From a virus (taxonomy: Duplodnaviria; Caudoviricetes): 64,000 nucleotides of DNA. Shown one piece after another: positions 56,620-64,000 of this stretch. Every line of letters begins with the position of its first letter. The first letter of the stretch is position 1. The notes under the pieces were generated by a model. It did no database searches. It saw nothing but the letters and a program-made list of their open reading frames with translations, and was not told the origin of the DNA. A program made the translations under genes and the position numbers. The stretch is taken from positions 1,757-65,756 of IMG/VR virus record IMGVR_UViG_3300032954_000011; one strand, given 5' to 3'.

Positions 56620-58110
56620 TGCCTAACCCTTTACCGCCTTGAGTCCCGACCGCGGGATGTCGAGAATGATGTCGCGGCCCCCATTGGCGGCTCCGTAGGC
56701 GCCGCGCAGCCGTTCGCGCTCCTGGCGGTCTTCGGGCTTGTCGCTGAAATAGAGTTCCTGATAACGGTCAAGCATCTCCTGCCTGGTCATAGGCTTTCGC
56801 CTCCTTTGATTGGTTGATGCATTCGTGGGTAAGCGACTACCCACAGAATATCGCTTCCTTCGCCGTGGTCGGTGAAGCGCACCACATGCTTGATGCCCTG
56901 GGCACGCAACGCCTTCCACCGGGCATCTCGTTCGGCACGCCGCAAAAAGGTTTCTCGAATCATAGAATTGGAAGCCGATTGTCGATGGCTCTGTCCGCTA
57001 CGTTTTCGTTCGGCCCGCCAGCAGGCCGAAATCCCATAACCCGGCCATCCGCCCCGATAAGCAAAGTCCCCAACACCCCGCTCGGTAGCGGTTCCCCATT
57101 CGCATCAAAACAGCGAAGGCGAATTTCACGTTCGCTGTGGCGCTGTAACTTCACCACGATGTCGGCGCCTGGCTGCCGCGGTCTTTCCATCGCAAGTCGA
57201 ATTGCCATGAACTTTTCTCCTCCAGAGCCGCCAAGCCGCCGGGGCGAACGCTTTGGAGGCATTCGCCCTGGGGCTTCGTTGCTCTGCGAAACGCCTGTCC
57301 ACCATCGTGGGGGTCATCGCCCCATCGCGATGCGGCGTTAGGCAAGTTTAGTCGGCGTCGCCTTCGCGACCCTGGCCCTCAATGGGTTCCGCCCCCACGG
57401 GCGCCTCGCCGTCGGGACCGCCTTCGTCTTCGCCCAGAAACGCCAGCCACGGTTTGTTCAGCATCTGTGCTCTCCTTGTTGAGATTAGGCGAACGTAGCC
57501 TCACATTCGCCCCCAACAACTACGGGTGCCCTAGGTCTATACCAGCCCCTGTGCCGTCGGAACGGCCATTGAGCGGAAAGCCGCCCAAATCACCGATGAG
57601 CACCCAAACTCTTAGACCAGCCCCCCGGAAATCTCCCCCCGAGAGCGGGCCAAACTCTCCCGCCACGCATTATGGGCGGCGCGGAAACTCTCAAACTGCC
57701 TTACGATGTTAACTAAGTCCGTACACATGAGGCAAACTTTGTTGGTGCCCACGATACCAATGCCACAGAAAAAGCACTGTCTGTCGGCGCTGGCCTGTTG
57801 GAGGTCTGCCTCCACGCAGTTGCGTCGTATCATCTCCCGAACACGGCGCTGTTGGGCGCTAGGGGACAGCGCATTGAATTCGCACTGTGCCTCATAGGTG
57901 GAGAATCGCACTATCATGCGTCACCCACCCCATAAATCCCTACGGCCCGAAACTCAGCCCCACACTCGCGCCCATTGGCGGCCGTCCACATAATCTTTAG
58001 GTCGCCCCTGGCGGTAAGCACAGCGCGACAAGAGCCGATTACCGCCGGAAGCATATGCCCTTTCGCCGCGATTTCAGCGACCAATGTGCTGAGGTCTGAG
58101 TGCTTGTCCC

Positions 58111-58470
58111 TCATGCGAATTCCCCCAAGCGCATAATCGCCGCATCAATGGCGTCCGGGTAGAACGCCGGCAGCACCTTGTATGCCTGAAACATTGTCCG
58201 CATCGCCACAGTGTCCAGCACCGTTGCGATAACGTGTTGGCGGAGTTCCCGTTGTTCGCGCACCGTCCACACAATGCCGGGACGCTGCGCGACGAATCTG
58301 TCCCGTATCACCGTAACGCACCTGCGTCCCATGCGGCGTGCGTACCCTTGTTGGGTTTTGGCGGTGGCTCTCGCCAAGCGCGCTTGCCACTGGTGGCGCC
58401 TCTCCACTACAGGCGACCTGTCGGCATCGCGCAGCGGGACCACTCGACACCTGCTGTCGGTCATAGCCAA
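58111..58470 (-). CDS. Hypothetical early protein
   Basis: Contiguous ORF with RBS. Confidence 0.5.
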   Translation of the reverse strand: MAMTDSRCRVVPLRDADRSPVVERRHQWQARLARATAKTQQGYARRMGRRCVTVIRDRFVAQRPGIVWTVREQRELRQHVIATVLDTVAMRTMFQAYKVLPAFYPDAIDAAIMRLGEFA

Positions 58471-58514
58471 CCTACCTTTCTCGCCGCGAACGGCGATGGT
58501 TTGTGCAGCGCCAA

Positions 58515-58537
58515 CCAGAACTGACCGGGCTGTCGCG
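58515..58537 (-). promoter_or_regulatory. Early-region 23-bp repeat, copy 2
   Basis: CGCGA-CAG-CCCGG-TCA-GTTCTGG, just after a hairpin. Confidence 0.6.
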
Positions 58538-58586
58538 CGTCTTAAAGAGTAGGGAGAGGGGCGAGCCGCCCCCCTCCCCGTGGAGG

Positions 58587-58961
58587 TTACTTCGTGGCCT
58601 GCATCGCCGTGGCCTTTGCCCCGGCAATCTTTTCCGCCTCAGCCTGAGAGTAGCCCACGGCCATCAGACTCTCGACCGCGGTGTTCTGGCGGACTTCCAC
58701 GTACTCCTCCGCCGGAACGATGTAGTTGTCGTTGAACGAGATGCTCACCGAACGGTTGGCCTTGGCGGGCTTCCCATTGAGCACCGTGTCCACCCCGGTC
58801 AGTGTGAACCCAATGGCGTGGGTGGTCGCCGTCGGATTCCCCTTCTCCGAAGTCTTGAAGTGGAAGTCCTCCACCTTCAAAGCCTTCGACATTTGCTGCA
58901 CCAGACTCAACAGAGTCGCCTTCGACGCTGCCGAAATCCGATGGTTCGTCGGATTTGCCAC
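58587..58961 (-). CDS. Hypothetical early protein
   Basis: GAGGAG RBS; GTG start; followed by a GC hairpin (58552-58579). Confidence 0.7.
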   Translation of the reverse strand: MANPTNHRISAASKATLLSLVQQMSKALKVEDFHFKTSEKGNPTATTHAIGFTLTGVDTVLNGKPAKANRSVSISFNDNYIVPAEEYVEVRQNTAVESLMAVGYSQAEAEKIAGAKATAMQATK

Positions 58962-59028
58962 TGTTGTCTCCTCTTCCAGTGTCCTGCCGCTCTTGGCCTC
59001 CGGTGTTCGGTGGCTGTTGCGGCGCTCA

Positions 59029-59051
59029 CCAGAACTTGCCAGGGTCTCGCG
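59029..59051 (-). promoter_or_regulatory. Early-region 23-bp repeat, copy 3
   Basis: CGCGA-GAC-CCTGG-CAA-GTTCTGG, just after hairpin 59064-59090. Confidence 0.6.
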
Positions 59052-59094
59052 CGTTTTAAGAGAAGGGGGACAGTGTGGCTGTCCCCCCTTGGTG

Positions 59095-59328
59095 CTAGGC
59101 AATCTCCAGAGCCGCTTCGGTCAGCACCAGCGTGTTGAACGTCCCGGCCAGATGCTGGTACATCCACTCCACAGGATTATCCTCCTGCCCGGGGTCAAGG
59201 TCTGTGCGCTGTAAGCGCCTCAGAATCCTCACACCCAACCGAGCGCCTTCGATTTGCTCGTCCCATTCGTTTTCCGGCATTGTGCCCTCCACGCCGACCA
59301 GAACCTTCCGGGTGGTCGCGCGCCTCAT
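59095..59328 (-). CDS. Hypothetical early protein
   Basis: ORF ends at a terminator-like hairpin; start may be internal (MPENE). Confidence 0.5.
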   Translation of the reverse strand: MRRATTRKVLVGVEGTMPENEWDEQIEGARLGVRILRRLQRTDLDPGQEDNPVEWMYQHLAGTFNTLVLTEAALEIA

Positions 59329-59366
59329 AGGTATCAGGGGAGGGTGTAACCCGCTCCCCTTCCGTG

Positions 59367-59531
59367 CTACTGCTTGTCACTCCGCTGCGAACAGAATACC
59401 CGCAAGTCGTTGGCACGCTTGATGGTAGCAGAACCCATCGCCACCGTGCCAGCGTCCCAATGGGGACAATGCTTGAGATGAAAGCCAGTCTGTAGGCACT
59501 GCCTACAGGGGGCTTCCGGGGTGCTTTGCAT
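59367..59531 (-). CDS. First early gene, 54-aa Cys/His peptide
   Basis: GGAGG RBS; MQSTPEAPCRQCLQTGFHLKHCPHW. Confidence 0.55.
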   Translation of the reverse strand: MQSTPEAPCRQCLQTGFHLKHCPHWDAGTVAMGSATIKRANDLRVFCSQRSDKQ

Positions 59532-59549
59532 GGCCGTTACCTCCGCCCA

Positions 59550-59572
59550 CCAGAACCCGCCGGGCCATCGCG
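59550..59572 (-). promoter_or_regulatory. Early-region 23-bp repeat, copy 4
   Basis: CGCGA-TGG-CCCGG-CGG-GTTCTGG. Confidence 0.6.
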
Positions 59573-59825
59573 CGCATTGTAAGCGTAACCTAGCATTACA
59601 GTTAGGATACTGGCTGTTAACTCTGCTAAGGCGTTTAATTTAAGCTTCCCCCCGGGGGGTGGGGTGTGATCGAGTTCTCGGGTCCGCGCCCACAGATGTA
59701 TATATTTTGAAATAGGGCACATAAAGTGTGTTTCTGCGCGGCTAAGTGCTTGCAGGAGACTCACTTACGGGTCCCATCTGAGCCGGGGCCCCCTGATCGG
59801 CGGCGAAAATATTTTTTCAAATCTG

Positions 59826-59856
59826 CTTAAGTTTTCCCTTTTTCAACCGTCTAAAG
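59826..59856 (+). promoter_or_regulatory. Phage sigma-dependent (late) promoter candidate
   Basis: CTTAAGTTTTC-N11-CGTCTAAAG, copy 4, upstream of the terminase genes. Confidence 0.75.
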
Positions 59857-60053
59857 CTTATGAAGACATAAGCTTCATAAGGAGGGGTGTCGCTTGCGTC
59901 TGAGACCCGAAAAAACCTATTTGGGCCCCCTTTTCGCGCCCCCAGAGAAGGCTATGCGGATAACAGAAGAGAATGTTCTTTTGGGTATGCTGGCGGGGGA
60001 CCCCACAGCGCGAGTCTACTTCTTAGAGAACGGTGTTGTAATGGAGTCTCGGC

Positions 60054-60491
60054 TTGTCAAAAGAGCGTAAAGGCGAACTTTCCTGGTATCAGGCGGTCGC
60101 GGAGCGTATCGCCCGCGAGGGGATGACGCCCCGGGAGGCTGCGGCGGCCGAATACGTCCAGCTCAGCACCCAGGAGCTAGAGAATACCGTTCGCTCTAAG
60201 AGCTTCCAGAGGGTCCTGTGGCAGGCCCGGCAGCGGTTTTACCGGGAACTCGCCAACGATCCGGAACGCTCCAAGAACACTTTGATCGGTTTGATGCTGC
60301 TTTCACTCGACAGGTTGGCCGACGAGGGCGCCTGGGACAAGGTGGCGGACGCCGCGCTAAAGCTGGCGCGCGTAGAAGGATGGCTCAGTGGAGAGACTAA
60401 CGTCAATGTATTCGGAAGCCTATCAGCCCGAGAGCTCGCCGACATCAAGGCCAGCGTCAAGGCCCGGTCGGAGACTGTCGGACCGAACTAG
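60054..60491 (+). CDS. Putative terminase small subunit
   Basis: HTH-like N-terminus; ALKLARVEGW; upstream of TerL. Confidence 0.55.
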   Translation: MSKERKGELSWYQAVAERIAREGMTPREAAAAEYVQLSTQELENTVRSKSFQRVLWQARQRFYRELANDPERSKNTLIGLMLLSLDRLADEGAWDKVADAALKLARVEGWLSGETNVNVFGSLSARELADIKASVKARSETVGPN

Positions 60492-60610
60492 GGCACGGAT
60501 TTTGGTGTACAGTTCACTGGCTTTGAACCTTTATTTGCTCTGCCAGGTGGTTTATCAGAGCTACGTGATCGCTCAGCAGCATGAAGCGATTCAGTTCCTG
60601 CTAAAGTTCT

Positions 60611-62122
60611 GTGGACAACTTAACCAAAGCTAAGCAACAGCTCTCCCAGCTTGATGCCAACGAGGCCCTGGCGGTGCTGGAGGCGCTCGAAAACAAGCGC
60701 CAAAAGCAGAGCTTTATCCGCTACTGGCAGCCCTACGACAAGCAGGCCGCGCTGGTCCCCAAGTTCACCGACAAGGTGAAGGTTTTTGGGATTCTGGGCG
60801 GCAACCGCAGCGGCAAGACCGAGCTCGGAGCAGCGCTCACCGTCGCGTGGTTCCTCGGCAAAGACTACTTTCGGGACGAGCCGGCCTGGAGTTGGGTGAA
60901 GGATTTGCCCATTCCCAGCACCCCCCGCAACATCTGGGTGGTGGGGCTGGACTTCCAGGTGCTGAAGAATGTTATTTGGCACGAAAAGCTGATTACGGGC
61001 AGGCTGCATCCGCCGTTTCTGCCCTCCGACCCCCAGAAGATTACTAAGCGCTCGGATGCGGACTTTCAGATTTTCGGCGCCGACGGCAGCATTCTCACCT
61101 GCAAGTCGGCCGATTCGGGCCGTGAGAAGTTCCAGGGCGCCAGTTGCGACTTTATCTGGATTGACGAGGAGCCCGAGGAAGACATCTACAATGAGTGTTT
61201 CCAGCGAACCGCTGACTGCGCAGGAAGAATTCTGGTCACACTTACTCCCCTGGTCGACGTGGCTTCGGGGGTACGCACCCCTTGGGTCTTTAACCTTTAC
61301 GAAGATTTTAAGTCTGGCGCAAAAGACATCCACTTCGAACAACTCTCGGTCCTAGATAATCCTTTTGTGCCGGCGCTTGAGAAAGACCGTCTAAAGGAAA
61401 AGTGGGCAGGCCACTTCGAAGAAGATGCTAGACTTTATGGAAAGTTTGTCCGACGTTCTGGGCTTGTATACCCCATGTGGGACCGAGAGCGTCATCTGGT
61501 TAAGCCAGCCCGATTCCCCTCTTGGTGGCGCAAGGTGGTATCGATCGATCCCGCCGCCACCGGGGTTACTGCCGTTCTGTGGTGCGCCATCGACCCCCGC
61601 GGAAACCTCTATTTCTACCGCGAATACTACGAGCGCGACAAGGTAGTTTCGGAGCACTGTAAAGACATTCTGGCGATGACGGGCGGCGAAACCATTGATG
61701 CGTGGTTCATCGACCCGAAGTGGGGGGCTAGCCGCAACGCCGAAACCCACAAAACCGGCGCCCAGCTCTACCGGGAGTCGGGAATTCCAGTTAGGTTGGC
61801 GTCGCCGGGCGAAGACTACGGACAGTTTGAATCGCGCGAATACTTGAACGCGGCTCTCGATCCCGCGCCGCGGCACCCCTTTGCTAAGTTCACCAGCGAT
61901 CTCGAACACTTCCAGGACGAAATCAAACACTACACCTGGGATATCTTCGGCAAGGGCGACAAAAAGGGTTTAAGCAAAGAAAAGCCCATCAAGCGCAACG
62001 ACCACTTGATGAACGCTTTTCAATACATTTGTGGAATGCGTCCGGGCGGGCGGCCCCAGCGCCAAGAAGACTTAACCAAGGACGAGCTGCGCGACCGCGC
62101 GAAGCTCGATTCCTACACCTAA
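60611..62122 (+). CDS. terL: Terminase large subunit
   Basis: GGNRSGKT, IWIDEE, TLTP, SIDP, NDHLMNA. Confidence 0.92.
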   Translation: MDNLTKAKQQLSQLDANEALAVLEALENKRQKQSFIRYWQPYDKQAALVPKFTDKVKVFGILGGNRSGKTELGAALTVAWFLGKDYFRDEPAWSWVKDLPIPSTPRNIWVVGLDFQVLKNVIWHEKLITGRLHPPFLPSDPQKITKRSDADFQIFGADGSILTCKSADSGREKFQGASCDFIWIDEEPEEDIYNECFQRTADCAGRILVTLTPLVDVASGVRTPWVFNLYEDFKSGAKDIHFEQLSVLDNPFVPALEKDRLKEKWAGHFEEDARLYGKFVRRSGLVYPMWDRERHLVKPARFPSWWRKVVSIDPAATGVTAVLWCAIDPRGNLYFYREYYERDKVVSEHCKDILAMTGGETIDAWFIDPKWGASRNAETHKTGAQLYRESGIPVRLASPGEDYGQFESREYLNAALDPAPRHPFAKFTSDLEHFQDEIKHYTWDIFGKGDKKGLSKEKPIKRNDHLMNAFQYICGMRPGGRPQRQEDLTKDELRDRAKLDSYT

Positions 62123-62134
62123 AAGGAGAAATAA

Positions 62135-62338
62135 ATGGCTCTTCCCGCTGCCCCCACGAACATCACGTTCTCCAGTAACTCGAACTCGGGTGTCAAGGCG
62201 ACGATTGGTCAGGTTGTGCCCGGAGGTACCGTGGCCACGACCGACTCGATTATCTATCGCGCCGACAACGCTGTTTGGGACGACACGATTGGCGCCTTCA
62301 TTGACCCCAATCTGTCTAACCTGACCCGGATCTACTAA
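62135..62338 (+). CDS. Small putative virion protein (paralog A)
   Basis: AAGGAG RBS; MALPAAPTNIT...RADNAVWDDT. Confidence 0.65.
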   Translation: MALPAAPTNITFSSNSNSGVKATIGQVVPGGTVATTDSIIYRADNAVWDDTIGAFIDPNLSNLTRIY

Positions 62339-62529
62339 TGGCTTTACCGGCGGCACCCGCAAACATCACCTATTCGAGCGTTACGCAGAACACCTCCGGA
62401 GTCCAGATAACTGGTTCCGCCCACACTGTGATTCTGCGTGGCGACATGGCGGTTTGGGACGACACCTCTGCGAAGTTCGTCCTGCCCGAAACAACCAATT
62501 TAGCTGCGAAACTCACAAACGCTGGCTAA
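62338..62529 (+). CDS. Small putative virion protein (paralog B)
   Basis: MALPAAPANIT...RGDMAVWDDT. Confidence 0.65.
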   Translation: MALPAAPANITYSSVTQNTSGVQITGSAHTVILRGDMAVWDDTSAKFVLPETTNLAAKLTNAG

Positions 62530-62547
62530 CACAAAGGATAAAAAAGA

Positions 62548-62901
62548 ATGGCTATTTCAGCTCAGAACGTAACCTACCAGGGAAACGGACCGACCGCGAG
62601 CTCTCAGATTCTTGCTGCGAACCTCAGCGCCCCCTCTGACCAGAACCTAGTTGGGTCTGCAACCTTTACGCTTGATGGCTCGGCGACCTCCGCGACGCTG
62701 AACTTCATCGACGGTACGGCCGCGCTGCCCTTTACGCCGACCGCGGTTTTGTGCAACGTGACCGGCGGAAACCAGGGCGCCACTGCGTTCGTTTCCGCGA
62801 TTGCGGACGCCCCGGCCAACGGTGTGTCCACGACCGTGCGGTTTTCGGCGGCCGGCACCAACGCGAAGACCCTTCAGGTCAGCTTTCTTATCATCAAGTA
62901 A
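62548..62901 (+). CDS. Ala/Thr-rich beta protein (decoration-like)
   Basis: AAGGA RBS; composition. Confidence 0.55.
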   Translation: MAISAQNVTYQGNGPTASSQILAANLSAPSDQNLVGSATFTLDGSATSATLNFIDGTAALPFTPTAVLCNVTGGNQGATAFVSAIADAPANGVSTTVRFSAAGTNAKTLQVSFLIIK

Positions 62902-62924
62902 GCGTTTCTAAAGGAGACTAGCGA

Positions 62925-63605
62925 ATGTCCTATACCTTTAGAAGCGAAAACGTCCCGGCTGGCGCTATCGTATTCCAGCCCCAGGGTGTGGCGACGCCGC
63001 AAGGCATCGACGACCCTGGAACGCTGCGACTCGACGCCAGCCAGAATGCGCTCTTCTTCCGCCTGAACGGTATCACCTATCAGCCGGCGATGGGCGCAAT
63101 CACCAACATCACCCCGGTTACCGCCACCAACCCGTCCGCGGCCGCGAACCTAATGACGTTTGCGTTCCCAGCGGGGTCGCTCAACAACCTTGGGCGCACG
63201 CTGTCCTTGTATGCCTATGGGCTGTACACGACCGCCAGCGGCCAAACCCCCACCCTGAACCTCACCGTCATCATGAACGACGGTACGAACACCCGAACCC
63301 TGCTGTCTTGGACCTCGGGGGCGACCACCGCCTCCTCGTCCAACTTCCCGTGGAACTTCGATTGCACGATTGTGACCACGGCTGCTGGCAGCTCCGGGAC
63401 GTTTGAGGGCCACGGCACCGCAAACGTCACCCTAGGTGCGTCCGCGGGTGGTGCGCTAACCAGCTACAACGACGTGATTACCGGAGCCAGCTCCGCGCTA
63501 GACCTCACTAAGGTCAACACCATGACCGTACAGTGTCTGTTTAGCTCTTCGAACGCCGGCAACTCGGTGACCGAACGCGTTTTGTGCGCTGACATCTACA
63601 ACTAA
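62925..63605 (+). CDS. Beta-sandwich virion protein (decoration/fibre-like)
   Basis: AAGGAG RBS; Thr/Ser-rich. Confidence 0.55.
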   Translation: MSYTFRSENVPAGAIVFQPQGVATPQGIDDPGTLRLDASQNALFFRLNGITYQPAMGAITNITPVTATNPSAAANLMTFAFPAGSLNNLGRTLSLYAYGLYTTASGQTPTLNLTVIMNDGTNTRTLLSWTSGATTASSSNFPWNFDCTIVTTAAGSSGTFEGHGTANVTLGASAGGALTSYNDVITGASSALDLTKVNTMTVQCLFSSSNAGNSVTERVLCADIYN

Positions 63606-63651
63606 CCGCTTTGAGGGCCGAGCGATATCGGCCCCAAATTTCGGAGGCCTT

Positions 63652-63867
63652 GTGGACAAACGCTGTTTAGGTGGGCACCGCTTCTTCGTGGCCGACACGT
63701 ATGCGGTTCCGGGCGAAGGTAAGGTGGGCGCGATTATAATTTGTACTGCCTGTGGGGAGGGGCGCAGCCAAAGCTTTACCGTTGCGGCCCCCAGTTCCCA
63801 CATTCAGCTCCTCAAAGGAAAAGAAAATGGACGAGACCTACCGCAGGATAGAGAAGTCGACGCCTGA
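63652..63867 (+). CDS. Small Cys/His protein
   Basis: GGAGG RBS; C...H...CTAC. Confidence 0.5.
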   Translation: MDKRCLGGHRFFVADTYAVPGEGKVGAIIICTACGEGRSQSFTVAAPSSHIQLLKGKENGRDLPQDREVDA

Positions 63868-64000
63868 GTTTCCCATGGTAAAGGATGTCTACGAGAAGTC
63901 GAACGTAGATAATCCGCACGCCGACGGCACGCCGAGCTCGATTAGCTTTCAGCATGCCCGAAAGGCCGGCCAGGAATGGGGGGTGGGAACGCTCCCCGTG
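63827..64000 (+). CDS. Hypothetical protein, 3'-truncated
   Basis: AAGGA RBS; MDETYRRIEK... open to the window end. Confidence 0.5.
   Translation, partial: MDETYRRIEKSTPEFPMVKDVYEKSNVDNPHADGTPSSISFQHARKAGQEWGVGTLPV

Overview
The window is almost a whole circularly permuted, short-tailed (podovirus-like) dsDNA phage genome with two divergent arms. The + arm (59.8-64 kb, resuming at 1-27.5 kb) carries terminase, small putative decoration genes, Cys/Ser/Thr/Gly-rich fibre-like proteins, portal, scaffold, major capsid, lysis genes, tailspike, tail adaptor/nozzle and ejection proteins. The - arm (59.5 to 27.6 kb) carries small early genes, a phiEco32-like amidoligase/ATP-grasp/GATase cluster around an ECF sigma factor, recombination genes, tRNA-Asn, a UDG-PolA fusion and nucleotide enzymes. 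Most notable: (1) receptor-binding/fibre proteins with apparent Sec signal peptides and many Cys; (2) several unannotated structured RNAs, including a ~1.2-kb RNA and two tRNA-shaped RNAs with shared atypical T-loops; (3) four perfect copies of CTTAAGTTTTC-N11-CGTCTAAAG, a likely promoter for the phage sigma, one of them antisense; (4) four copies of CGCGA-N3-CCYGG-N3-GTTCTGG in the early region. All functional calls come from motif recognition by eye, with no database searches. The host cannot be determined; a diderm soil bacterium such as Acidobacteriota is only a guess.
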